Both the position numbers and the translations under genes were made by a program. Positions 52,849-61,835 of a stretch of 64,000 bases of DNA are shown here, piece by piece (positions within the stretch are counted from its first letter, which is position 1; each line of letters begins with the position of its first letter). Below the pieces are notes generated by a model. The model was not told the origin of the DNA, ran no database searches, and was given only the letters and a program-made list of their open reading frames with translations. This DNA comes from Solirubrobacterales bacterium (GTDB taxonomy: Bacteria; Actinomycetota; Thermoleophilia; Solirubrobacterales; JBBDJG01): contig DASRIA010000086.1 in NCBI GenBank assembly GCA_035650255.1, positions 1,682-65,681 of the forward strand, written 5' to 3'.

Positions 52849-55374
52849 ATGGCTGACACCACTGAAGTGGCCGAGAAGGTCGCGCCTATCCCATCGCGCG
52901 AGGAGCTCGCACGCGTGGAGCAATTCACGCGGGAGCCGTTTGCGCCCGATCCGGACGCCCTGCGCCCCGGGTCGGCGCGTCGCCGTGCGCTCGATGCCGC
53001 GCTCGCGGAGATCGAGAGCGGCCGCGAGGTCCCGAGCATCGAGTGGCGCCAGCAGTACTCCTTGCTGCTCGGGCTCGAGCGGCTGCTGGCCGACGAGGAG
53101 CCGAAGCTGGTCGACGGCACGGTGCTCTCGGCCCACCAGGTGGACGCCCTGTCGGGAACCCTCACGGCCCTGATCGCCGAAGCCGAGCGCCAGAACGGCA
53201 ACGGCGCGGCGGTGCTCCCGGACCTCGAGGACCTCGAGGACGAGGAAGAGGACGAGCCGGACGAGGATGACGAGCCGGACGACGAGGAAGAGGACGAGCC
53301 GGAGGACGAGGACGAGGCGGAGGACGCCCAGGCCTGGGACGACTCCGAGCTCTCCCAGAACGGGCGCGGCCAGTACGACGAGGAGGAGCAGCTCCCCGAG
53401 CAGCCCGAGGACCCGGGCGCCGCTCGCCGCTTCTGGTTCGAGCACGCGACGGGTGCGGGCAAGACAGTCGCCGCGCTCGGCTTCGTAGAAGGCTCGCGCA
53501 CCGGCGGCACGCTGATCCTCACCCACCGCCGCAACCTCGTCGAGCAGTTCCTCGGCGAGCTGCGCGACCGCGGCTACTCCAACCGCATCTCGCCGCCGCT
53601 GCTGCGCGACCAGGACCGCGGCGACGGGCCTGTGACGGTCGAGACCTACCAGTGGTTCGTCCGTAACGCCGGCAACGTCTCGGACGCGTACACGATCGTG
53701 ATCTGCGACGAGGCCCACACCGCGCTGGGCGAGAAGACCAGCGCGTCGATCCGCCGCTGGCTGGGCCCCGTCTTCATCGGCATGACGGCCACGGGTGCGC
53801 TGATCGCGCGCCACGTCACCGACCTCTTCCCGACGCAGACGAGCCGGTTCGATCTCGCACAGGCTGCACGCCGGGGCGTGATCGCCCCGCTGCGCTGCGT
53901 GCGAATCCCGCCCGCCGGTGACGTGCGCACTCTCGCGAACGTGCCGCTGCGCAAGGGCGAGGTGGACCAGGACTTCGACCAGGAGGAGCTGGCCGCGCTG
54001 CTCGACCAGGGGCCTTTCAACGCCGCGGTCGCCGACCTCTACCGCGTGCGCTTCAAGCATCTGCCCGGCATCGTCTACAGCGCGGGCGTCAAGCACGCGC
54101 ACAACGTCGCGAAGGCCTTCAAGGACGCAGGCATGAAGGCCGAGGCCGTTTCCGGCGAGACACCCAAGCGGGAGCTGGCGCGCATCCTGGCCGCGTTCGA
54201 GCGCGGCGAGATCGACGTGCTGGTGAACGCGATGCTGCTGGCCGAGGGGTGGAACTCACCCCGCGCGACCGTGTGCATGCACCTGGCGCCCACGGCCTCG
54301 CGCCGCGTCTACCAGCAGCGCGTCGGCCGTGTCACCCGCCGGCACCCGGGCAAGGAGGCGGGCATCGTCGTGGACTTCGTTCACCCCGCCACCACCCACG
54401 ACGAGCCGATCGTGACTCTGCACAAGCTGCTCGACCGCGACGTCTACCGCGGCGGCGCGATCGTGGTGGGCCCCGTGCGCCGCGGCCGCGGGCGCCGCCT
54501 GCGCGTCGAGCGCCGGATCGTCCCCGTCACGAGCGACCCGGAGCGCCGGCTGCGCGTGTTCGAGCGCGAGCTGTGGCGGATCGCCGTCGAGTACCTGTTC
54601 CCGGACGAGCAGCACGCTTGGGCCGCACTGGCCGGCGCGCGCGTCGCGGCGAACGGCTGGCGGCGCGCCAAGACGACCATTCATCACGACGCGGGCGGCG
54701 AGCTGCGCCGCCGGTTCCTGCTCAGCTGCATCCAGCGCAACCGCAACGCCCAGCTGCGCCAGCGGGCGCTCGCGGAGATTGCCGTGCGGCGTGATCCGGA
54801 AGGCTTCGACCTCGCCGTCGACATCATCGGCACGTGGTCGCGGGAGGAGCGCCGCGAAGGCTCGCGCATCCTCCTGCAGGCACTCGCCGAGCGGCGCATC
54901 GGCCGCCGCGACCAGGCTCAGGCCTGGCTCTGGCGCCTCGCGGAGTACTCGCGCGACGCCCACGAGGAGTACGCGGTGCAGCGCTGGCCGGAGACGAAGC
55001 GCCTGCTGGGACTGCTCGTCAACTCGTCCGGCCCGGCCCACGGGCGCAACGCCCGCCGGCTCGTGCACGCGGCGCGCAAGCACGACCGGCGCCTCGCGGC
55101 CGCCCTGCTCGCCTCGGCCGTCGCGCACACGCCGGAGGCCGAGGAGGTGCTGCGCGGCGCGCGCAACAGGATGGCGCGCAAGCCGTCTGCGCTGGCGCGG
55201 GAGCTGGTGCGCAACTTCCCCAAGGGCAAGCGCCGCGGCAAGAAGCAGCGCAGCGGCGACGGTGGCCGCCGGGGCGGGCGCAAGAACGCGCCTGCGACAC
55301 CCGAGATCACCGAGGAGCTGGGTCCCGAAGAGCTGCCCGAGCTCGAAGAGGTCGAGGACTCCGAAGCGGCCTAG
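52849..55374 (+). CDS. SF2 (DEAH, ResIII-type) helicase with a poly-acidic insert and a roughly 330-aa Arg-rich helical C-terminal domain
   Basis: Motif I HATGAGKT, motif II ICDEAH, motif III MTATG, helicase-C ...LVNAMLLAEGWNSP...QQRVGRVTR. ATG 52849 is chosen; ATG 52744 is an in-frame alternative. Both are internal to track ORF 52546..55374. Confidence 0.8.
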   Translation: MADTTEVAEKVAPIPSREELARVEQFTREPFAPDPDALRPGSARRRALDAALAEIESGREVPSIEWRQQYSLLLGLERLLADEEPKLVDGTVLSAHQVDALSGTLTALIAEAERQNGNGAAVLPDLEDLEDEEEDEPDEDDEPDDEEEDEPEDEDEAEDAQAWDDSELSQNGRGQYDEEEQLPEQPEDPGAARRFWFEHATGAGKTVAALGFVEGSRTGGTLILTHRRNLVEQFLGELRDRGYSNRISPPLLRDQDRGDGPVTVETYQWFVRNAGNVSDAYTIVICDEAHTALGEKTSASIRRWLGPVFIGMTATGALIARHVTDLFPTQTSRFDLAQAARRGVIAPLRCVRIPPAGDVRTLANVPLRKGEVDQDFDQEELAALLDQGPFNAAVADLYRVRFKHLPGIVYSAGVKHAHNVAKAFKDAGMKAEAVSGETPKRELARILAAFERGEIDVLVNAMLLAEGWNSPRATVCMHLAPTASRRVYQQRVGRVTRRHPGKEAGIVVDFVHPATTHDEPIVTLHKLLDRDVYRGGAIVVGPVRRGRGRRLRVERRIVPVTSDPERRLRVFERELWRIAVEYLFPDEQHAWAALAGARVAANGWRRAKTTIHHDAGGELRRRFLLSCIQRNRNAQLRQRALAEIAVRRDPEGFDLAVDIIGTWSREERREGSRILLQALAERRIGRRDQAQAWLWRLAEYSRDAHEEYAVQRWPETKRLLGLLVNSSGPAHGRNARRLVHAARKHDRRLAAALLASAVAHTPEAEEVLRGARNRMARKPSALARELVRNFPKGKRRGKKQRSGDGGRRGGRKNAPATPEITEELGPEELPELEEVEDSEAA

Positions 55375-55436
55375 GCGCTGAGCGAACCTTCGCGAGTTAC
55401 ACCCGACAGGTGGGTGCGAAGCGCGAAAGTTCGGAG

Positions 55437-56210
55437 TCAGCGCTCCAGGTGCACCTCGGCGTCGACCCGCAATCGCTGCCCGTCGTCGGTGAAGACAACC
55501 AGCGCGCCGTCCTCCTCGATTCCCTGCGCCTCGCCCGATAGCGGCTGCCCGCCCTGGGTCCACGCGATGCGTTTCCCATAGAGGGCATCCCGCTCGCGAA
55601 AGGCGGCCAGCACGCGCTCCGGCGCGCGCAGGGCGTCGATCCAGGCCGCCAGGCGCTCGAAGACCGCATCGAGCGCGCGGCCGCGGTCGACCGGTGCACC
55701 CGTCGCGATGCGCAGCGACGTCGCGATCTCGCGCAGCTCGGGCTCCAGCTCCTCCGCGGCGGTGTCGACGTTCAGGCCGATGCCGACGATCGCCCAGCCG
55801 TCCTGGGGGCGGGACTCGATCAGGATGCCCGCGGCCTTTCGGCCTTCGATCCAGACGTCGTTGGGCCACTTGACCTCGCATCTGACCTCGGCGACCGCTT
55901 CGCACGCCTCGCACACGGCCAGGGCAACGGCCAGCGGGAGCAGCTCCGTCCGCGTGCGCTCCGCCCGCACCAGCACGGAGAGCGTGAGTGCGCGGCCGGG
56001 CGGCGCGGACCACCTGCGGCCCTGGCGACCGCGGCCGGCGGTCTGGTGCTCGGCCAACACGACGGTGCCGTGCGGCGCTCCGCGCAGCGCCAGCTCGCGT
56101 GCGCGGTCGTTGGTCGAGCCCGTCTCGGTGAGCTGCACGAGCGGCCCGCCGAGCGGCCCGCTGCCCGGTCGCGGTGCGATGCGCCGCGGTTGGCTCAGTG
56201 ATCGTCGCAC
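55437..56210 (-). CDS. birA: Biotin--[acetyl-CoA-carboxylase] ligase (group I, no HTH)
   Basis: STND.A.E.......GTVV.AE.QTAGRGRQGRRW and VKWPNDV motifs. Confidence 0.88.
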   Translation of the reverse strand: MRRSLSQPRRIAPRPGSGPLGGPLVQLTETGSTNDRARELALRGAPHGTVVLAEHQTAGRGRQGRRWSAPPGRALTLSVLVRAERTRTELLPLAVALAVCEACEAVAEVRCEVKWPNDVWIEGRKAAGILIESRPQDGWAIVGIGLNVDTAAEELEPELREIATSLRIATGAPVDRGRALDAVFERLAAWIDALRAPERVLAAFRERDALYGKRIAWTQGGQPLSGEAQGIEEDGALVVFTDDGQRLRVDAEVHLER

Positions 56211-57010
56211 GGCTGGAGCAGCAGCTCCGCTTCGGCCCCCACCCCGAGTGCGCCGGTCGCGCTGCCCTGGTTCACGGCGACCGCGATGCGGCCGGAGGAG
56301 TCTTCGAGGATCACCGCCTCCCGCTCGCCGACGTCGGAGAACGTGCGCGCATAGACGGCCGATCCGGTGCGGCGGCTGGACAGCACCTCGAGACAGTCAC
56401 CGATCTCGAACCCCGCCTCCCGCATGTCGGCGGAGCGGACGTTGAGCTCGAGGTTGCCGAAGCGGTCCACGGCCACGACCCGCGTGCGGATCCGGCCGTC
56501 CGACAACTCGGGGGGCGGCAGCTCCAAGCGGTGCAGCGTACCGGGGTCCATCGCTCGCCCGGCCTCCCCGAGCGCAGCGCCGAGCGCCAGGTGTGCGGCC
56601 ACCGGCGCGAACAGGTCGCGGCCGTGAAAAGTCGCGGAGACCGGTTCGAGCCGATGGGGGCTCTGCCCGACGTCCACGGCCTCCACCACTCCGCCGCAGG
56701 TCTCGGCGGCGGGCCAGAGCAAGCCGTTGTCCGGCCCCACGAACATGTTTCCGTCCGCGGCCCGGATCGCCACCGCGCGGCGCTCGCCGCCCACGCCGGG
56801 GTCGACCACCGCGATGTGCACGCCCTGAGGGAGATATGGAACGGCCCGCTGCAGCGACAGCGCACCGAGCCGCACGTCGTGGCGCGGGATGTCGTGTGTC
56901 ACGTCGATCACGACTGCGCCCGGTGCGATCCGCTGCACGACGCCGTGGCACACGCCGACGAACTCGTCGCCGTGTCCGTAGTCGGAGAGGAATGAGAGCG
57001 GCAGCATCAA
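56195..57010 (-). CDS. SAM hydrolase / SAM-dependent halogenase-family protein (DUF62, S-adenosyl-L-methionine hydroxide adenosyltransferase)
   Basis: LSDYGHGDEFVGVCHGV, AVVDPGVGGERR, GPDNGLL, TFHGRDLFAPVAAHL family motifs. ATGA overlap with the cobA/hemD stop. Confidence 0.85.
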   Translation of the reverse strand: MMLPLSFLSDYGHGDEFVGVCHGVVQRIAPGAVVIDVTHDIPRHDVRLGALSLQRAVPYLPQGVHIAVVDPGVGGERRAVAIRAADGNMFVGPDNGLLWPAAETCGGVVEAVDVGQSPHRLEPVSATFHGRDLFAPVAAHLALGAALGEAGRAMDPGTLHRLELPPPELSDGRIRTRVVAVDRFGNLELNVRSADMREAGFEIGDCLEVLSSRRTGSAVYARTFSDVGEREAVILEDSSGRIAVAVNQGSATGALGVGAEAELLLQPCDDH

Positions 57011-58539
57011 GCAGTGCCGGCGGGCGACAGCGCATCGGCGAGGAGGGCCTCGACCAGGCCGTCGACGTCGTGGCGCTCCGCTTCGGCGTGCACCGTCAGG
57101 CCGTGCTCCCGCGCGGTCTCGCTGGTGACCGGCCCGATGGACACGACCCGGGGCCCCCGCGGGAAACGCTCGACGCCCCCGATCGACTCGAGCAGGAACC
57201 GCACCGTGGAGGAGCTCGTGAAGGTGATGTAGTCGGCGCCGGCGAGGCCCTCGAGCCGGTCCATGTCGAGCGGCTCGCGCATGGTCTCGTACAGGGCCAC
57301 GACCTCCACCTGTGCGCCGGCGTCGCCCAGCTGCTGCGGCAGGACGTCGCGCGCCTCGGCGGCGCGCGCGATCAGGACATGCTTTCCCCGCACGCCGGCC
57401 GAGACCAGCTCGGCCGCCAGTGACTCGGCGATCGACCGCTCCGGAACCAGGTCGGCCGCGACGCCGCCCGCGCGCAGCGCTGCTGCGGTGCCGGGCCCGA
57501 TCGCGGCCACGGTCACGCCGCCGAGCGCGCGCGCATCCAGGCCTTCCTGCTCGAGCGCCGCCAGGACCAGGCCGGCGCCGTTGGGGCTCGTCACACAGAG
57601 CACCTCGAACTCCCCGGCGGCCAGCCGGCGCATCGCGCGCTGCACGTCCGCGGCGCCCAGCCGCGGCTCGATCCTGATCGACGGGACCTCGACGACCTCG
57701 GCGCCCAGCCGCTCCAGGTCGGCCGCCAGGCCGCTGGCCTGGGCCCGCGCGCGGGTGACGGCGACGCGCTTGCCGTGCAGCGGCGCCAGCTCCAGCCAGG
57801 TGAGGCGTTCTCTGAGCGCAGCGACCCTGCCGACGATCGTCACTGCCGGCGCCCTGACGCGCGCTTCGCGCGCGAGCTCGGCGATGTCGGCCAGCGTGCC
57901 GGTCACCGTGCGCTGGCGCGGGAGCGTGCCTCGCTCCACCACCGCCGCGGGCTCGCCCGCGTCGCGTCCGTGGCGCTGCAGCTCCGCGGTGAGGGCCGGG
58001 AGCGACCCCACGCCCATGTAGAAGACGAGCGTCCCGGGGAACGCCGCGAGCGCCGGCCAGTCGAGCGCGCTCTCCTCCTTTGCCGGGTCCTCGTGCGCGG
58101 TCACGAACGCGACGGCCGATGCCTCGTCGCGGTGCGTCACGGGGATCCCGGCATATGCGGGCGCAGCAATGCCGGCAGTCACCCCGGGCACGACCTCGAA
58201 TGGCACTCCGGCCTCGGCCAGCGCCTCCGCCTCCTCCCCGCCGCGGCCGAACACGAACGGGTCGCCTCCCTTCAGGCGCACCACGCTGCGGCCTTTCCTG
58301 GCATGCGAGACGAGCAGCCCGTTGATCTCATCCTGGGTCATCGTGTGGCCGCCCGGCTCCTTGCCGACGTAGACGAGCTCGGCGCCGGCGCGTGCGCCCG
58401 CGAGCAGCTGCTGTGACACGAGCCGGTCGTAGAGGATCACGTCCGCGCGCGCGATCAGCTCGGCGGCTCGCACCGTGGCGAGGCCGGGATCGCCGGGCCC
58501 CGCACCGACCAGGTAGACCGTCGCCGATTTCGCGCTCAT
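57007..58539 (-). CDS. cobA/hemD: Fusion of uroporphyrinogen-III C-methyltransferase (SUMT) and uroporphyrinogen-III synthase
   Basis: Internal ATG 58539 (ATGA overlap with the hemC stop). VYLVGAGPGDPGL.T.RA...AD.ILYD.L...LKGGDPFVFGRGGEE, then a HemD-like half (GKRVAVTRA...VTSPNG...). Confidence 0.88.
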   Translation of the reverse strand: MSAKSATVYLVGAGPGDPGLATVRAAELIARADVILYDRLVSQQLLAGARAGAELVYVGKEPGGHTMTQDEINGLLVSHARKGRSVVRLKGGDPFVFGRGGEEAEALAEAGVPFEVVPGVTAGIAAPAYAGIPVTHRDEASAVAFVTAHEDPAKEESALDWPALAAFPGTLVFYMGVGSLPALTAELQRHGRDAGEPAAVVERGTLPRQRTVTGTLADIAELAREARVRAPAVTIVGRVAALRERLTWLELAPLHGKRVAVTRARAQASGLAADLERLGAEVVEVPSIRIEPRLGAADVQRAMRRLAAGEFEVLCVTSPNGAGLVLAALEQEGLDARALGGVTVAAIGPGTAAALRAGGVAADLVPERSIAESLAAELVSAGVRGKHVLIARAAEARDVLPQQLGDAGAQVEVVALYETMREPLDMDRLEGLAGADYITFTSSSTVRFLLESIGGVERFPRGPRVVSIGPVTSETAREHGLTVHAEAERHDVDGLVEALLADALSPAGTA

Positions 58540-59447
58540 GCGCCGAGCGTACCGGCCGCTCTGCGCAGCAGCTCCCCTGCACCGGCGCTCAGCATCCGGC
58601 GGGCCACCTCGGATCCCGCCTCCGCGGGATCGGCAGCCGACGCGGCCAGCCCGTCCGCGATCCACTCCGAGCCGTCCGGCAGCCCGGCGTAGGCGTGCAC
58701 CTCGATCCGCTCTCCCGTGACGCGTGCGTGGGCGCCGACGGGCGTGTGGCAGCTGGTCTCGAGCACCTCGACCACGGCGCGCTCAGCGTCGAGGCGGGCC
58801 CGTGCGACGGGATCGGCGATCGGAGCGAGCAGGTCCCCGGCCGCGCTCCCCGTGCGTGCCTCCAGCGCGAGCAGTCCCTGGCCGGGTGCCGGTACGAACG
58901 TGGCCGTGTCGAGCGCGGCACCCGCCTCATCCGCCCGGCCGAGCCGCCGCAGCCCGGCGAGCGCCAGCAACGCGGCGTCGCACTCGCCGTCCGACAGCTT
59001 GCGGAGCCGGGTGTCGACGTTGCCGCGCAGCGGCACCACTTCGAGGTCGGGCCGCTGGGCCAGCAGCTGCGAGCGGCGGCGCAGGCTCGACGTGCCGACG
59101 CGCGCACCCTCGGCCAGCGCCTCGATCGAGTCCGCTCCCACGAGCGCATCGCGCGGGTCCTCTCCGGCGGGGACCGCCGCGATCGCGAGGCCGGCAGGCA
59201 GCAGGCCGGGCACGTCCTTCGCGCTGTGCACCGCGACGGCGACCTCGTCCGCAAGCAGCGCCTCCTCGATTTCCTTCACGAACCGGGACTTGTCGTCGGG
59301 GCCGCCGCCCGGGCGGTCGCCGCTGGTCGTGATCGGGACGAGCTCCGGCTCGAGGCCGGGATGCGCGGCCCGCAGCAGGTCCGCGACGTGGTGCGCCTGG
59401 ACCAGCGCCAGCGCGCTGCCGCGCGTCCCGATCCGCAGCGTCTTCAG
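58536..59447 (-). CDS. hemC: Hydroxymethylbilane synthase (porphobilinogen deaminase); start inferred as CTG
   Basis: The track ORF begins at GTG 59279 (MKEIEEALL...), but the conserved HemC N-terminus LKTLRIGTRGSALALVQAHHVADLL...ELVPITTSGDR...KSRFVKEIE lies in frame upstream. No ATG/GTG/TTG occurs there. CTG 59447-59445 overlaps the hemA TGA (CTGA). Confidence 0.8.
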   Translation of the reverse strand: MKTLRIGTRGSALALVQAHHVADLLRAAHPGLEPELVPITTSGDRPGGGPDDKSRFVKEIEEALLADEVAVAVHSAKDVPGLLPAGLAIAAVPAGEDPRDALVGADSIEALAEGARVGTSSLRRRSQLLAQRPDLEVVPLRGNVDTRLRKLSDGECDAALLALAGLRRLGRADEAGAALDTATFVPAPGQGLLALEARTGSAAGDLLAPIADPVARARLDAERAVVEVLETSCHTPVGAHARVTGERIEVHAYAGLPDGSEWIADGLAASAADPAEAGSEVARRMLSAGAGELLRRAAGTLGA

Positions 59448-60817
59448 CGCCGCTGGCGGCGACGCCGGGAGCGGATCGCCGTCACCTCAGCGCCCTTCGG
59501 CCGGCGCGCCGCGTCCTCGGGCCGCAGGGCGTCGAACGCCGAGCGCTCCGGCACGTCGAGGCCGAACAGCTCGCGCAGCGCCTGCACGTATGCATAGGTG
59601 CGTTGGTCCTCGCCGCGCGCCTTGAGGTTCAGGGTCGGCTGGTGCAGGAGCCGCTTCACGATCGCGCTCGCAACCAGCTCGAGCCGCTCGCGGTCGGCTT
59701 CGCTGAGGGACTCCCAGCGGCCGCTGTTCTCTGCCAGCACCTGGCGCGCGATCTCCTCGCCGCGCTCGTACATCGCGGAGATGGTCGGCACGATGTCGAG
59801 CGTCCCGAGCCAGCGCTGGAAGCGCTCGAGCTCGATCTCGAGCAGGCTTTCGGCACGCCGCGCCTCGGCCTCGCGCCCGGACAGCTTGCTCTCCACCATG
59901 CGCTGCAGGTCGTCGAAGTCGCGCAGGTGCACCCCTTCGATCTCGCGCACGACCGGGTCGATGTCGCGCGGCACGGCGATGTCGATCAGCAGGAGCGGCC
60001 TCCCGTGGCGCGCGGACATCACCGCCTCGAGCTCGTCGCGTTCCACGATGTGGTGGGGCGACCCCGTGGAGGACACGACGATGTCGGCCAGCTCCAGCTC
60101 GGCGGGCAGTGCCTCGAAGCGCACCGCCTGGCCGCCGAAACGGTGCGCGAGCCCGATCGCGCGGTCGTAGTGGCGGTTCGCAACGAACACGGACGAGACG
60201 CCGCGCTCGGTCAGTGCCCGCGCGGTCAGCTCACCTGTCTCTCCCGCCCCGATCACGACGACGCGGCGGCCGCTCAGGTCGCCGAGCGTCTCCTGCGCCA
60301 GCTGGACCGCGACGGAGCTGACCGAGACGGTGCTGCCGCCAATCGTGGTCTCCGTGCGCACGCGCTTGCCCGCGGCGAGCGCCTCGCGGAACAACCGGTT
60401 CATGAACGCGCTGGTCGTGTTCTCCACCAGGGCAAGCTCGTACGCGCGCTTCACCTGGCCCTGGATCTCGGCCTCGCCGACGATCATCGCGTCGAGCCCC
60501 GCAGTCACGCGAAACAGGTGCCGCGTCGCGTCGCCGTTGCGCAGCGAGTACAGGTGTGCGACCAGCTCGGTCGGCCGGATGTCGGCCTGGCGCGCGAGGA
60601 TGCCGAGCGCCGCGGTCTCGGCCTCGACGTCGTCGGCCACCACCATGTAGAGCTCCGTGCGGTTGCAGGTCGACAGCGCGACCGCCTCGTGGATGTGCTC
60701 CGAGGACACCAGCTCGCGCAGCACGCTCACCGCGCGGCCCTCCGGGAGGGCGACGCGCTCGCGCAGCTCGACCGGAGCCGTCTTGTGCGAGACGCCGATG
60801 ACGAGCAGGCCGTTCAT
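59444..60817 (-). CDS. hemA: Glutamyl-tRNA reductase
   Basis: Internal ATG 60817 (ATGA overlap with the sirC stop). LLVIGVSHKTAPVELRE...STCNRTELY...GEAEIQGQVK...VIGAGETG... Confidence 0.92.
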   Translation of the reverse strand: MNGLLVIGVSHKTAPVELRERVALPEGRAVSVLRELVSSEHIHEAVALSTCNRTELYMVVADDVEAETAALGILARQADIRPTELVAHLYSLRNGDATRHLFRVTAGLDAMIVGEAEIQGQVKRAYELALVENTTSAFMNRLFREALAAGKRVRTETTIGGSTVSVSSVAVQLAQETLGDLSGRRVVVIGAGETGELTARALTERGVSSVFVANRHYDRAIGLAHRFGGQAVRFEALPAELELADIVVSSTGSPHHIVERDELEAVMSARHGRPLLLIDIAVPRDIDPVVREIEGVHLRDFDDLQRMVESKLSGREAEARRAESLLEIELERFQRWLGTLDIVPTISAMYERGEEIARQVLAENSGRWESLSEADRERLELVASAIVKRLLHQPTLNLKARGEDQRTYAYVQALRELFGLDVPERSAFDALRPEDAARRPKGAEVTAIRSRRRRQRR

Positions 60818-61653
60818 CCCGCGTTCCCGTTCACGTTCTCGATCACCAGCGGCTGGAAGCGGAGCTTGCACTCGGGACGTGTGGCCTCGAGCATCGCGCG
60901 GTGCTCCGCGGCCGCGGCGTACCCCGGTCCCTCGTCGATGCACTGCTGGACCCACGCCTCGATGCGCTCCGTGTCGCCGGCTCGCACCATGTCCATGAAG
61001 TCGGAGTAGACCATCCGCTCGAACAGGATCTTGCGGTCGTGGGGGCTCGGGTACATCGCCTTCAGTTCCTCGCGCAGCGATCCCAGCAGCTCCAGGGCGA
61101 CGGCGTACTCGTCTCCATAGCACTGCGCGAGGGAGATCCTGATGCGGCGTGCCATCGCCGGGCTGGCACCGCCGGTCGAGACAGCGATCGCGAGATCCCC
61201 GTGCCGCACGATCGAAGGGAGGATGAAGTTGCACAGGTGGGTCACGTCGACCACGTTGCAGAGCATCTGCCGGGCCTCCGCGTCCTCGAACACCCGCACG
61301 TTCGTGTCGTTGTCCTCGGTGGCGGCGATCACGAGAAAGGCACCGTCGAGGTCGGCGCTCTCGTAGGCGCGCTCCTCCAGTGTGATGTCGCCGCCGCGCG
61401 CCCAGTCGCGCACTCGCTCGGTCGCCGTCAGCGAGACGACCTTCACGTTGGCGTCCGCGTTCAGCAGGCCCTGGATCTTGCCCTCTCCCACCTTGCCGGC
61501 ACCCACGACGACCGCCTCGCGGCCCGCGAGGTCGAGGATCGCCGGGTAGTACGGGCGCGTGTTCCACCGCCGCCCGCGCTTGGCCCATCCGGCGACGAGG
61601 TCGCGCACCCGCGCGAGCGGCGAAGCCGATGCGACCGTGCCCGAGTGCTCCAC
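60814..61653 (-). CDS. sirC: Precorrin-2 dehydrogenase / sirohydrochlorin ferrochelatase (SirC/Met8-like)
   Basis: YYPAILDLAGREAVVVGAGKVGEGKIQGLL Rossmann start and ...AIAVSTGGASPAMARRIR.... Start is GTG 61653 (shares G with the ccmD TAG) or GTG 61608. Confidence 0.75.
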   Translation of the reverse strand: MEHSGTVASASPLARVRDLVAGWAKRGRRWNTRPYYPAILDLAGREAVVVGAGKVGEGKIQGLLNADANVKVVSLTATERVRDWARGGDITLEERAYESADLDGAFLVIAATEDNDTNVRVFEDAEARQMLCNVVDVTHLCNFILPSIVRHGDLAIAVSTGGASPAMARRIRISLAQCYGDEYAVALELLGSLREELKAMYPSPHDRKILFERMVYSDFMDMVRAGDTERIEAWVQQCIDEGPGYAAAAEHRAMLEATRPECKLRFQPLVIENVNGNAG

Positions 61654-61826
61654 TAGGAACGCCCCTTCAGGCGCTGCTCGGCGAGCTCGGTGAGCTCCTG
61701 CAGCTCCCGCTCGATGCGCTGGAGCCGCGCGCCCATGATCGCCACGTAGACGAGGATCAGGGTGACGAAGACCCCGTATGCGCCGGCAACGTATTTTCCG
61801 GCCTCGTCGAGTGGGAGAGCGGGCAT
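61653..61826 (-). CDS. ccmD: CcmD-like small heme-exporter membrane protein (57 aa), absent from the ORF track
   Basis: Manual translation: MPALPLDEAGKYVAGAYGVFVTLILVYVAIMGARLQRIERELQELTELAEQRLKGRS. AGGAG lies 6 nt upstream of ATG 61826. A single TM is followed by a charged helix, as in CcmD, and the position after ccmC fits. Confidence 0.6.
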   Translation of the reverse strand: MPALPLDEAGKYVAGAYGVFVTLILVYVAIMGARLQRIERELQELTELAEQRLKGRS

Positions 61827-61835
61827 CGGTCGCTC

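Noticed and set aside
59279-59279. Accepting the ORF-track start (GTG 59279) for hemC
   Set aside because: It would delete the conserved N-terminal domain-1 residues (RIGTRGS.LA..Q), which are clearly encoded in frame upstream. See the hemC finding.
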